Shown: positions 10,661-22,667 of the stretch, in pieces
Layout: each line of letters starts with the position of its first letter
Position numbering within the stretch: the stretch's first letter is position 1
DNA from: an uncultured Gammaproteobacteria bacterium
GTDB lineage: Bacteria; Pseudomonadota; Gammaproteobacteria; CAWCPV01
Reading direction: 5' to 3'
Length of the DNA: 64,000 nucleotides
Assembly: GCA_963797555.1 (NCBI GenBank)
Contig: CAWCPV010000003.1
Coordinates: forward strand, 640,001-704,000
The notes under the pieces: model-generated
Databases searched by the model: none
Seen by the model: only the letters and a program-made list of their open reading frames with translations
Told to the model about the DNA's origin: nothing
Program-made: the position numbers and the translations under genes

Positions 10661-10981
10661 CTACGCCACCGCACCACCGACGATGGCGCCAAGCAGCAAC
10701 GGACCGATGTGAGCAAGTGCGAGGACGACTCCACGAGCACCGGCGACGACACCGATCACCAGTGCGCCGGAGAGGGTCGTCGCCAGCGCGAAGAGGCTCA
10801 CCCCCGACACAATCGCCGGCAGAAAGACCGCGCCGAGCGCGTTCCCGACGCCTCCGGCCTTCTTTCCGCCCACCGCCCCAGCAAGCAAAGGCCCGATGAG
10901 TGGGAGCCAGAAGAGCAGAAGCAAAAGGAGAAACATCCAGCCGATGCCAGAACTGATGCTGCCCTTTGCATTCTGCGGCAC
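10661..10981 (-). CDS. Small hypothetical membrane protein (about 3 TM segments)
   Basis: Hydrophobic Gly-rich 106-aa ORF with a GGGAG RBS upstream. Confidence 0.7.
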   Translation of the reverse strand: MPQNAKGSISSGIGWMFLLLLLLFWLPLIGPLLAGAVGGKKAGGVGNALGAVFLPAIVSGVSLFALATTLSGALVIGVVAGARGVVLALAHIGPLLLGAIVGGAVA

Positions 10982-11100
10982 GCGAATCTCCCTTCAATCG
11001 AAAAGCCGTCGACCGCGGCGGTTGGGCACCGAGTTGTCCGACCGTGCAATGCGCCCAACGTTGAGAACCCCTCGGTCGGCCCTGCGAGCCCAGCAGCGCA

Positions 11101-11328
11101 TCACGCGGACCTGTCGTTCCGCATAACGGCTGGGACGATGTCCTGCGACCGCGTCCGGCGCCGGTCCGGCCCTCGCCCGCGGCTCAACAACGCCTTGTCT
11201 ACCGCCGCCCGATCCTTGGCTAGAGCCGGGATGGTCGTCTGGTCGGTGAGGTCTTTCAGGTAGTTCTCGCCCAGGGCCTTTCGGGCTAGTTCGAGAAATG
11301 GATCGTGTGGGGGAGACCGCATCATCAT
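11101..11328 (-). pseudogene. Truncated ORF, possibly the N-terminus of a DNA methyltransferase
   Basis: Translationally coupled to the nuclease; protein-like only for about 45 aa (LTDQTTIPALAKD). The MTase identity is inferred from context. Confidence 0.35.
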
Positions 11329-11933
11329 CCTGCGTTGTGCGCCTTAAGAATATCAGGATTCCGGTTGAGAACCTGCCCTACGAGCGTATCGAAGAACGAC
11401 GAAACCGGGCTTTCCAGGCTCAGGAGCTGTGGACCTGCGTTAAAGTCAACCTGCACCAGGACCGCGGCCTCGACCGTACCGGGCGTCCAGTGGGGAGGCC
11501 GCCGCCCGGACAGTGCGACGAGACGCCGATCAAGCAAAGCGCCCCACGTGCAGCCATGCTTCGTGATGGCTCGATCTTCTTCGACATTGAAGACCATGAA
11601 GTAACCGATCACGACCTCCGGAGAGTTCGTGGCCTCGCCCATTAAGTCGTCAACCCGGTTGGGGACCGTACCACCCAGGTTGGTCAGGAGCGACTTCAGT
11701 GATATCGCTAGCCGGACCTTTTCACGGTGGAACCAAGCCACATCCCAGTTCTTCTCGTGAGCAAACCCCGGGAGCCGTGGTTCGATTACTGCCCCCGCGA
11801 GCCCTCGGTGGGCCAGTTCCTGTACACAGTACCGCGCCAAGACATCCAGCCGCTTCGTGGAGGTTGTCATTCCTTCCGTACGCGCCTTGCGGTACAGGTC
11901 TTTCACGGCTGCGAACAGGGTCAGATCGGCCAC
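11325..11933 (-). CDS. Type II restriction endonuclease-like protein (PaeR7I/XhoI-like PD-(D/E)XK)
   Basis: EKNWDVA...AISLKS...VPNRVDDLMGE; likely GTG start at 11933 after a GGGAG RBS. Confidence 0.65.
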   Translation of the reverse strand: MADLTLFAAVKDLYRKARTEGMTTSTKRLDVLARYCVQELAHRGLAGAVIEPRLPGFAHEKNWDVAWFHREKVRLAISLKSLLTNLGGTVPNRVDDLMGEATNSPEVVIGYFMVFNVEEDRAITKHGCTWGALLDRRLVALSGRRPPHWTPGTVEAAVLVQVDFNAGPQLLSLESPVSSFFDTLVGQVLNRNPDILKAHNAG

Positions 11934-12016
11934 GGTGCGTCGACTCCCAATTCTTCCGCGCCCATCACAGTCCATCATGCGCGGAAAGGGGACAGATTTA
12001 TTTGTTCGACCTCCTA

Positions 12017-13162
12017 GTGTAGTGCTTGGTAATTAACGGAACATATATGATCTATCGCTGTCCAGGGCTATGAAGCCAAGACAGGAGAGCACTGATGCGA
12101 GTAGCCCCGATGGTCCGACTGAGCGCGGAAGAACAGCGGAGCCTGAGGCGTGTGTCGCGTTCGAACACCACGAGTGTGAGGCTGGCCCGCCGAGCGCGCA
12201 TTGTGCTGTTGGCGGCGGTGGGCATGGAGAACAAGGCCATCGCGGCGGAACTCAAGATTGGGCGTGTGCAGGTTGGGCGTTGGCGGGAGCGCTATGCGCA
12301 AGGCGGGCTGGCGGCCATCGAGTGTGACCTGCCGCGCGGAGGTCGTCAGCCCAAGGTGGATGCCGCCGAGATCGTGCGACGCACGACTCAGACCCAGCCC
12401 TTAGCAGCGACACAGTGGAGTACGCGGACTGGAGTGAGCGACACCACGGTGCTGCGCGTGTGGCATGCCCATGGGCTGAAGCCGCATCGTGTCGAATCCT
12501 TCAAGGTATCGCGCGACCCGAAATTCACCGAGAAGTTGGAGGACATCGTCGGGCTGTATCTGTCCCCCCCGGAGCATGCTTTGGTGTTGTGCTGCGACGA
12601 GAAGAGTCAGGTTCAGGCGCTGGATCGTACCCAACCTGGCCTGCCGCTGAAGAAGGGGCGGGCTGCGACCATGACCCATGACTACAAGCGCCATGGCACC
12701 ACGACACTGTTTGCTGCCCTGAACACCTTGGAGGGTTCCGTGATTGCCCGCTGCGAGCCGCACCATCGCCACACGGAGTGGCTCACCTTCCTGCGCCAAA
12801 TCGACCGCGAGACGCCCAAGGACAAGGAACTGCACTTGGTCTGCGACAACTACGCCACCCACAAACATCCCAACGTTCAGAAATGGCTGGGAAAACACCC
12901 GCGTTTCCACATCCATTTCACGCCCACCTCAGCATCCTGGTTGAACATGGTCGAGCGATTCTTCCGCGACCTGACTGTGGATCGGTTGCGCCGTGGCGTG
13001 TTTCGAAGCGTCCCCGAGTTGATCCCTGCCATCAACCGCTATGTCGATGCCCACAACGCCAATCCCAAACCCTTCATCTGGACCGCCAAGGCTAAGGACA
13101 TCCTGCAGAAGGTCATCCGCGCCAACGCACGTTTAAGTTCTAAACAGAATGAAGCACTACAC
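12017..13162 (+). mobile_element. IS630-family IS, copy 1 (transposase 12095-13165)
   Basis: IRs GTGTAGTGCTT/AAGCACTACAC with flanking TA; DDE motifs DEKSQ, DNYATH and NMVERFF; 15-bp in-frame deletion relative to copy 2. Confidence 0.97.
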
Positions 13163-13301
13163 TAGCGAGGGCCAAGGGGTCGCCAGAGAGATTCTGGCGC
13201 ACAGTTTCGGGGGGAAATACAACGACCCGGGCGGGGACGGCTCGCTCGACCCCGCCCGGGTCTGGCTCAACCCTGAACTCCGCTTTCCAGAGACGCCTGG
13301 C

Positions 13302-14033
13302 CTAGTCCCGGGTATGCGCCTCGCGCTTGGCGTATTCCGGGCCACCGCCGCCCAACCAGCGATACACCCCACCGGCCATGACGGCACCGACGATCGGGGC
13401 CACCCAGAACAGCCACAACTGCGCCAGCGCCCAGCCGCCCACAAATATCGCCGGCCCGGTGCTGCGCGCGGGATTGACCGAGGTGTTGGTCACCGGGATG
13501 CTGACCAAGTGGATGAGGGTGAGCGCCAGGCCGATGGGGATCGGCGCGAAAGCCGTTTGGGACAGCTTGTCGACGGAGCCGAGGATGACCATGAGGAAGA
13601 AAAAGGTCATGACGACCTCGCACACGAGCCCCGCCCCCAGCGAATAGCCCCCGGGCGAGTGGGCGCCGTAGCCGTTGGCCGCGAACCCCCCGCTAAGGTC
13701 GAACCCCGGAGCACCGCTTGCGATCACATACAGTACCGCGGCCGCCGCGATGGCACCGAGCACCTGGGCGACGATGTACTGGACGACTTCACTCGCCGGA
13801 AACTCTCCTCCCGCCCATAACCCTATGGTCACCGCCGGGTTGAAGTGGGCTCCCGAGATCCGCCCCACGGCGAACGCCATGGTGAGCACCGTGAGCCCGA
13901 AGGCGAGCGCAACGCCGAGCAGTCCGATCCCTACACCAGGAAATTTCGCGGCCAACACGGCGCTGCCACAGCCGCCGAGCACCAGCCACAAGGTGCCGAA
14001 GAATTCAGCACCCAAGCGGTGAGACATGTTCAT
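13302..14033 (-). CDS. aqpZ: Aquaporin Z
   Basis: [29 protein letters not shown] and [10 protein letters not shown]. Confidence 0.95.
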   Translation of the reverse strand: MNMSHRLGAEFFGTLWLVLGGCGSAVLAAKFPGVGIGLLGVALAFGLTVLTMAFAVGRISGAHFNPAVTIGLWAGGEFPASEVVQYIVAQVLGAIAAAAVLYVIASGAPGFDLSGGFAANGYGAHSPGGYSLGAGLVCEVVMTFFFLMVILGSVDKLSQTAFAPIPIGLALTLIHLVSIPVTNTSVNPARSTGPAIFVGGWALAQLWLFWVAPIVGAVMAGGVYRWLGGGGPEYAKREAHTRD

Positions 14034-14384
14034 AGGATTCCCCTTGTCACATTGAAAGGCGCAAGTATAGGCGAAGGAAACAACGGGCGCATATTCGGGC
14101 AGCGCGGTCGATGCGACGCAGCAGGTCTGGTGCAATCGCCAGCCGGGCCCAGAGCATTTCCATCCACATCACGGCTATTCCGCCCTTGGGCGCCGGCCAT
14201 CCTGGCTGGGTTGACCGGGGGGCCGCGCGCAGAACCACCGGGGAGCCGGACGGTGAATGCAGCACCTGAGCGCACCGTCGCTGCGCGCTGACCGACCTCG
14301 GTCGCGCTCCATGCGCCCCGGAGGCGGAGTCGCGATCCGGGCGGACGATATGTCGCCAAGACTTCAGCGCGTGCTCACATGAAT

Positions 14385-14620
14385 GCAGACGTCGTCCGTC
14401 GGCGCACAACGAGGCCAACCTTCACTTGTTCGGATACTGGCCGGCGTGCTGATCGGCGTCGGCGCATCGCAAAAAGGACTGGCTTTCAGCTTGGGCCGGC
14501 GAACGGCTGGTGTGAGCCGCTGCTGTCGGGCGCAGTCTCCGTGCTGCTCAGCCCGGTTTCTGGGTCGTCGGACTGTTCGTGGCCGTTAAGCTGATCTTCA
14601 ACGGCTGGTGGGTACGTGCT
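14385..14620 (+). pseudogene. Degenerate HdeD/DUF308 acid-resistance membrane protein relic
   Basis: Fragments across frames: ILAGVLIGVG, GW...LLSGAVSVLL-PVSG and VVGLFVAVKLIFNGWW, matching the HdeD C-terminal pattern. Confidence 0.5.
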
Positions 14621-14843
14621 CGTGGCGCTGCCCCGGCATGCTGCGCCGTGCCTCTGAAAACGGTCAAGACCCCGTCCCGTGATGTCTGGCGCGGTCCGGT
14701 TGCTTGCTGGAGAACGGCCCTTGTGTCTTCGCGTCATCCCGGAAATCGTCGTCACAGTGTCATGTAGTTTGGCTACGGTATATGGTACGGTCGCAGCCGT
14801 CAGCACCTGCGACCCAATCCTTACCATAAGGAGGCCCGTCGTG

Positions 14844-15700
14844 ATGAAGCGGTTGATGCTGAAATTGCCCCAGAAATCGGCGAGCACGCCGGGCTGGGGA
14901 AAACTCCCAACTCTCATGCTTGCAGCGTGCATTGCCGCCGGCAGCGCACAGGCCGCAGAAGAACGTCCGCCGCGTCACTCCCCACCCCCGTGGAGCGGGA
15001 GGCGTCCGCTCTCGCCGCGGGTACCGTCCCAGCCAATATCGAGCAGACGACGGGCGTACCGGGCGCCCCCGACGCCACAACGACTATCGACGGGCGCTAT
15101 CTGCCGAACCCGCCGCAGCCGTTCGTCGGTCGGATCGAGCTGAATGCCGCCCAGTCCAAGCCCGCCCGGCCGGCGCGGGTCGTGCCGCCAAAGGGTGCCC
15201 CGAACATTCTGCTGATCATGATCGACGACGTCGGTTTCGCTGCACCCTCCACATTCGGCGGGGTGACCCCCACCCGAGCACTCGACCGCATCGCCGCGAA
15301 CGGGTTGCGCTATACGAACTTCCATTCGACCTCGCTGTGCTCGCCTACCCGGGCGGCCCTCATCACCGGGCGCAACCACCACTCGGTGGGCTTCGGCGTC
15401 ATCTCGGAGGCGGCGACGGGCTTCCCCGGCTACGATAGCTACATCGGCAAGGACAGCGCGACCATCGGCCGCATCCTGCTGGAGAACGGCTACCGCACCG
15501 CCTGGTACGGCAAGGACCACAACACCCCGACCTGGGATGGGAGCCAGGCGGGGCCCTTCGACCAGTGGCCAACCGGCATGGGCTTCGAGCACTTCTACGG
15601 CTTCGTTGGGGGCGACGCCAGCCAGTGGGAGCCGAACCTGTGCAACGACACCAAGGCGATCTATCCTATGTCGGGCATCCCGGTTGGAATCTGATCACCG
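14844..15700 (+). pseudogene. Arylsulfatase, N-terminal fragment
   Basis: PNILLIMIDDVG and SLCSPTRAALITGRNHH; frameshifted and truncated after WNLITA. Confidence 0.9.
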
Positions 15701-15857
15701 CGAGCGAGGACACCGTCGCCAAGGTCTATGACAACCTGGACTTCACGCACGCCCTCGAGGCGTTCGTGAACACCTTGCAGGGCGTCAGCATCGACGCGCT
15801 CCGCAAAGGCCTTCTGGGCGCCGCCTTGAAAGACAACGAGGTCATGAATCGAGAAAC
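15700..15857 (+). pseudogene. DUF1254-family fragment fused to the sulfatase fragment
   Basis: TVAKVYDNLDFTHALEAF parallels STKKIYDNLDFQRAVQAY in the 21392 gene; cut off by IS630. Confidence 0.7.
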
Positions 15858-15859
15858 TA

Positions 15860-17020
15860 GTGTAGTGCTTGGTAATTAACGGAACATATATGATCTATCG
15901 CTGTCCAGGGCTATGAAGCCAAGACAGGAGAGCACTGATGCGAGTAGCCCCGATGGTCCGACTGAGCGCGGAAGAACAGCGGAGCCTGAGGCGTGTGTCG
16001 CGTTCGAACACCACGAGTGTGAGGCTGGCCCGCCGAGCGCGCATTGTGCTGTTGGCGGCGGTGGGCATGGAGAACAAGGCCATCGCGGCGGAACTCAAGA
16101 TTGGGCGTGTGCAGGTTGGGCGTTGGCGGGAGCGCTATGCGCAAGGCGGGCTGGCGGCCATCGAGTGTGACCTGCCGCGCGGAGGTCGTCAGCCCAAGGT
16201 GGATGCCGCCGAGATCGTGCGACGCACGACTCAGACCCAGCCCTTAGCAGCGACACAGTGGAGTACGCGGACCCTGGCTAAGGAAATGGGAGTGAGCGAC
16301 ACCACGGTGCTGCGCGTGTGGCATGCCCATGGGCTGAAGCCGCATCGTGTCGAATCCTTCAAGGTATCGCGCGACCCGAAATTCACCGAGAAGTTGGAGG
16401 ACATCGTCGGGCTGTATCTGTCCCCCCCGGAGCATGCTTTGGTGTTGTGCTGCGACGAGAAGAGTCAGGTTCAGGCGCTGGATCGTACCCAACCTGGCCT
16501 GCCGCTGAAGAAGGGGCGGGCTGCGACCATGACCCATGACTACAAGCGCCATGGCACCACGACACTGTTTGCTGCCCTGAACACCTTGGAGGGTTCCGTG
16601 ATTGCCCGCTGCGAGCCGCACCATCGCCACACGGAGTGGCTCACCTTCCTGCGCCAAATCGACCGCGAGACGCCCAAGGACAAGGAACTGCACTTGGTCT
16701 GCGACAACTACGCCACCCACAAACATCCCAACGTTCAGAAATGGCTGGGAAAACACCCGCGTTTCCACATCCATTTCACGCCCACCTCAGCATCCTGGTT
16801 GAACATGGTCGAGCGATTCTTCCGCGACCTGACTGTGGATCGGTTGCGCCGTGGCGTGTTTCGAAGCGTCCCCGAGTTGATCCCTGCCATCAACCGCTAT
16901 GTCGATGCCCACAACGCCAATCCCAAACCCTTCATCTGGACCGCCAAGGCTAAGGACATCCTGCAGAAGGTCATCCGCGCCAACGCACGTTTAAGTTCTA
17001 AACAGAATGAAGCACTACAC
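15860..17020 (+). mobile_element. IS630-family IS, copy 2 (intact transposase 15938-17023)
   Basis: Near-identical to copy 1, with the same IRs and TA flanks. Confidence 0.97.
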
Positions 17021-17126
17021 TAGCGCAGTAGCGCTCCTGAGCCGGCCCACAGTGGCAACTGCGATTCCAAGTTCAATTTCTGTTCAATTCCTGTTCCCGA
17101 AATAAACCAACCAAAAGGAGAACCGT

Positions 17127-19650
17127 ATGAAAGCGAAGCGAGTAGTAACGACAGCACGTTGGGGGGCTGCGTTTGTATTCACAGCCGCCTCGTGCTTCGC
17201 GACAGAGATACAAACCACCGGCGAGCCGGGTTCGCCCAGCGCCACGACCACCATCAGCGGGGAGCAGCTCCCGCCGCCGGCCCCGAAGTTCGGCGGCGTG
17301 ATCAAGGACGACGCGCTACAGTCCAAACCCTGGTGGCCGCCGCGCGTGGTGCCGCCCAAAGGCGCGCCCAACATCCTGCTGATCATGACCGACGACGCCG
17401 GCTTCGGCGTGCCGAGCACGTTCGGCGGCGTCATTCCGACGCCGACCATGGACCGCATCGCGCAAAACGGACTGCGCTACAACCGGATATTCTCCACCTC
17501 GCTGTGCTCGCCGACGCGCGCCGCGCTGATCACCGGGCGCAACCATCACTCGGTCGGCTTCGGCGTGATTGCCGAGCAGGCCACCGGCTTCCCCGGCTAC
17601 GACAGCATCATCGGCGCGGACAACGCGACGATCGGCCGCATCCTGCGCGACAACGGCTACGCGACGAGCTGGTTCGGCAAGGACCACAACACGCCGACCT
17701 ACCAGGCCAGCCAGGTCGGGCCGTTCACCCAGTGGCCGACCGGCATGGGCTTCGACTACTTCTACGGCTTCGTCGGCGGCGACGCGAACCAGTGGGGGCC
17801 GAACCTCTTCCGCAACACGACGCAGATCTACCCGTTCGAGGGCAAGCCGCCGGGCTCATGGAACCTGGTCACCGCGATGGCCGACGACGCCATCGACTGG
17901 ATGTACCGGATTCACCAGACCGATCCCAACCAGCCGATCTTTCTCTATTACGTGCCTGGCGCCTCGCACGCGCCGCACCACCCGACGAAGGAGTGGGTGG
18001 ACAAGATCCACGCGATGCACTGTTCGACGACGGCTACGAGAAGTTGCGCGAGCGCATCTTCGCGAACCAGAAGAAGCTCGGCGTGATTCCGCAGGACGAA
18101 CAGTTGACGCCTTGGCCCAGCGACATCCTCACGCCGTGGGACAAGCTCACGCCCGAGGCGAAGAAGCTCTACATCCGGCAGGTGGAGGTGTTCGCCGCCT
18201 ACGTGGCTTACAACGACTACGAGATCGGCCGCGTGATTCAGGCGTTCGAGGACCTGGGCAAGCTCGACAACACGCTGATCATCTACCAGAACGGCGACAA
18301 CGGCACCAGCGCCGAAGGCGGGCCGGAAGGCACGTTCAGCGAGGTCGCGTTCTTCAACGGCGTCCGCCCGCCGGTGGACGTGCAGATGAAGTTCTACGAC
18401 GCCTGGGGCACCGAATTCGCCTACAACCACATGTCGGCGGGCTGGTCGTGGGCGTTCGACACGCCCTTCGACTGGTTCAAGCAGAACGCCTCCCGGCTCG
18501 GCGGCATCAACCAGAACATGGTGATCTCAGTGGCCGGCGCGCATCAAGGACAAGGGAGGCCTGCGCGAGCAGTTCATGCACGACATCGACGTCGTGCCCA
18601 CGCTGCTCGAAGTCACCGGCATCTCCGCGCCCGAATACGTGGACGGCATCAAGCAGAAGCCCATCGAGGGCACAAGCTTCGCCTACACGTTCGACGCGGC
18701 CAACGCCAAGGCGCCTTCCCGGCACAAGACCCAATACTTCGAGATGATGGGCCAATGGGCGCTCTATCACGAAGGCTGGCTGTTGAGCACCAAGGTCGAC
18801 CGCGTGCCGTGGGACGCGTTCAGTCCCGCCAACCCGGACCCGCTCAACAACCAGGTGTTCCAGCTCTACGACCTGACCAAGAACTTCAACCAGTCCGAGG
18901 ATATCGCCGCGCAGCATCCGGACAAGGTCAAGGAGATGCGGAAGATGTTCGTCGAGGAAGCGAAGAAGTATCAGGTCTTCCCGCTGGACGCGTCGGTGGG
19001 AGCCAGAGTCGCGGCTGCACGTCCGAGCCTCACCGCCGGCCTCAGCGAGTTGGTCTACACGCGGCCGATGACCGGCGTTCCGCAGGGCGATGCGCCGTAT
19101 CTGCTCGACACCTCCTACAGCCTCACGGCGGACATCACCGTGCCGGAAGGCGGCGCCGAGGGCATGATCGCGACCTCCGGCGGGCGTTTCGCGGGCTGGG
19201 GTTTCTACCTGCTCAAGGGCAAGCCGGTGTTCTGCTGGAACATGCTCGATCTCGAGTGGATCAAGTGGGAAGCGCCCGGAGGCACTCGCGCCCGGCCAGC
19301 ACACCTTGGAGTTCGACTTCAAGTATGACGGCCTCGGCGTCGGCACGATGGCGTACAACAACTTCTCCGGCATCGGCAACGGCGGCACCGGCACGCTGAA
19401 GGTGGACGGCAAGGTGGTCGACACGAAAAGGATGGAAAAAACGATCCCCATCATCCTCCAGTGGGATGAGAGCTTCGACATCGGCTCGGACACGATCACC
19501 GGCATCAACGACGAGGACTACCTGCCGCCGTTCCCGCTGACGGCGAAGTTCAACAAGCTGACGATCAAGATCGACCGTCCGCAGTTGTCGCCGGAGGACA
19601 TCAAGAAGTTGGAAGAGGGCATGAAGAAAGCCGCCCTCGGCATCGAATAA
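17127..19650 (+). CDS. Arylsulfatase (Cys-type), with apparent frameshifts at about 18020, 18528 and 19280
   Basis: Signal peptide, DDAG, CSPTR formylglycine motif, GKDHNTP, HAPH, GDNG and a C-terminal beta domain (DESFDIGSDT). Confidence 0.92.
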
Positions 19651-19756
19651 CGTCGCTTCGGTTGTGAACCGCGCGGGCCGTCCCGGAAATATCCGGGCCG
19701 GCCTGCGACTTCAGACCTGGCGGCCGGGCGAGATCGAGCTGGTGCCTTAGGAGGAA

Positions 19757-21299
19757 GTGAATAACGAGGATACTGTTCCAACACTTGGTCTAGTTCTGGC
19801 TGTGACGATCGCGATCGAGCCGGCTATAGCTGACGCACAGACTCAAGGCGGCTCGCCTTCCGTCCCACCGAAGTATTCGCCCAATGTGCCAGCGAAGATC
19901 ACGACGCCTGATACGGTGACGACCCGGATTGGCACCCTGCACTTCAAGGATGGGACCCCCGATGCCGCGACGGTGCAGTTGGCCTTCGATCAGATGGACT
20001 TCGGGGGCGTCGACGCTTTCCTCAAAGGGATGTCCGCAACCTCGGTCTATGCGCTGTGCAGGGGCTTGGGGGAAGCGGGCGTCAAGCTCAACCAGGGCAT
20101 CGGCGTCACCGAGGACCTCATGGATGCCCGAACGTTGTTTCTGACGGCCAATACCACCACCGTCTACGCCCTGTTATGCATCGACCTGAAGGATGGACCA
20201 ATGGTGGTGCGGGTGCCGCCGCGAGTACTTGGTCCGGTGGACGACGCCGATTTCCGCTGGGTGACCGATGTCGGACTAACCGGCCCGGACAAGGGAGCGG
20301 GTGGCGATTATCTGTTCGTTCCACCCGGATACAAAGGGACGCTGCCGACGAAGGGTTATCACGTCGCGAGACCGCACACGAACTTGCTCCTCATGTTCTA
20401 TCGCGCCTTCGTGGAGAAGGGAGACATCGCGGCTGCGGTGGCCGGCGTCAAGGCGAAGGCGGACATCTTTCCCCTGCCCAAAGCGGCCAAGGCTCCGGAA
20501 ACCAGCGTCGTCAACATCTCGGGCGTCAAATTCAACACAATTAGCGCCAACGATTTCAGCTTCTAAGAAGGAGCTGAACGCGGTGGTGCAGAACGAGCCC
20601 GCGGACTGGGTCGATCCGGATACCGTGGGCCTGTACGCGTCTATCGGCATCCGCAAGGGACAGCTGTTCGCGCCCGACGCCCGGATGAAGAAGATTCTGG
20701 CGGACTCGGCGGCCGTGGCGAATGCCATTGCCCGCTCGAACCTGTACGCCTCGCGGGATCCGCGAACCCGGATCTACACCGACCGGCAATGGTTTACACC
20801 CTTCGTCGGCGGCAGCTATCGGTTCCTCGACGGCGCGGAGCGTCTGCTCGATGCGCGGATCATGTTCTTCTACTACGCCACGAGCATCACGCCGGCGATG
20901 ACCGAATCGCGGCCCGGCACCGGTTCCGCTTACGCAATCACCGTACGCGACGCGACCGGGAGCTACCTGGATGGCGGTCGCACCTACAAGGTGACCCTGC
21001 CGGGACCGATTCCCGCGAAAAACTTCTGGTCCTTCACGGTCTATGACAACCAGACCCGTTCGCTGCTTGCCACCGACCAAAAGCTGGCAGGACTCGACAG
21101 CACGGCTCCGGGCATCCGGATGAACCCGGACGGTGGAGTCACTATCTGGCTCGGACCCAAAGCACCGGCCGGCCAAGAAAGGAACTGGGTGCAAACGATG
21201 CCCGGCAAGGGGTACAACCTCGGCCTGCGACTCTATGGACCTCTGGAACCGTGGTTCAACAAGACCTGGCGACCCGGCGACGCCGAATTGCAGCCCTGA
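19757..21299 (+). CDS. DUF1254/DUF1214 secreted protein (frameshift at about 20565)
   Basis: LTANTTTVY, GPDKGAGGDYLFVPPGY, NFWSFTVYDNQTRS and LRLYGPLEPWF. Confidence 0.88.
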
Positions 21300-21391
21300 T
21301 CCCGGCTGTTCAAGTTGTGGGGCTCAGGCTACCGCGTGCGAGTGGAGGCCAGCCCCCTGATGGAAGCAAGCACACAGTAAACGAGGCAAGC

Positions 21392-22653
21392 ATGAACGGG
21401 CGTAGGGCAATGACAGGCGGTCTTGGAGTGGTACTCGCGGCGGTCCTTTCGATGTCCGCGTCGCAAGTGGCCATGGCGCAGTCGCTCACCGGTCCGCCGG
21501 CGGATCCGCAGTTGAAGTTCTCGACGCCGATGCCGCCGGGCGTCGCCGCGCCCGACAAGATAGAAACCCGCTTCGGCACGCTGAGCTTCTCCGACGGCGT
21601 CCCGGATGAGGCCAGCACCAAGAAGATCTACGACAACCTGGACTTCCAGCGCGCGGTGCAGGCGTACTTGTTGGCGCTGCCGGTGGTGAACCAGGCGGCC
21701 AACCGCAACGGCATCCTCGCGATGGGGCCCGCGAACACGACCGTGCCGATCTGGGAAAACCTGGTGGACTCACGCACCGTCGAGCTCACCGCCAATGACA
21801 ACACCCCCTACACCTGGTTCTGGGTAGACCTGCGAAAAGGGCCGCTGGTCATCGAGGCGCCGCCGAAGGTACTCGGGCTGGTGGACGACATCTGGTACCA
21901 CTGGAACGGAGACATCGGCTTCACCGGGCCGGACAGAGGCAGGGGCGGCAAGTACCTGCTGCTGCCCCCCGGCTACAAGGGGAAAGTGCCCGAGGGCTAC
22001 TTCGTCGTGCGACCGGGTTCGTTTAGCGTATGAGCCGGCTGGCGCAGTTTCCTCGTCGATGGCAATCCCAAGCCCTGCGTCGATGAGGTCAAGAAGGTCA
22101 TGAAGATCTATCCGCTCTCTCAGGCAGCGGGCCCACCGGAACTGAGGTTCGTGAACATGTCCGGCAAGCCGTTCAACATGGTCGGTCCCGGCGACTTCCG
22201 GTTCTGGGAAATGCTCGAACAAGGTCGTGCAGGACGAACCCACCGACACGGTCGACGCAACGACGCTCGGCTTCTGGGCATCGGTGGGCATCCGGAAGGG
22301 CCAACCCTTCGCGCCGGACGAGCGCATGAAGAAGATCCTGACGGAGGCGGCGGCGTGGTGACGCGACCGGGCGCGCGCTGGGCTACCGGGTGCGCGAGAA
22401 GGCGGCCTACATCTACGACAATCGGAAGTGGAAGTATCCGTTCATCGGCGGCTACAAGTTCGAGTGGCAACCCGGCGTTCCGAACCTGAGCGCGGCGGCG
22501 ATGTTCTTCTTCTTGGCCACCGGCGTCACGCCGGCGATGGACACCAAGATCGTCGGCGAAGGCTCCACCTACCCGTGGACCGCCGTGGACGCCGACAACC
22601 ATCCGTTCGACGGCGGCAAGAACTACAAGCTTCGGTCCAACGTCACAACCTGA
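21392..22653 (+). pseudogene. Second DUF1254/DUF1214 protein, disrupted and C-terminally truncated
   Basis: LTANDNTPY and GPDRGRGGKYLLLPPGY; in-frame TGA at 22031, frameshifts at about 22222 and 22357; ends after DGGKNYKL. Confidence 0.85.
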
Positions 22654-22667
22654 GGAGGTCAATCACC

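Noticed and set aside
17159-19399. 746-aa ORF overlapping the sulfatase
   Set aside because: Only its middle is real sulfatase sequence between frameshifts; the rest is shadow frame
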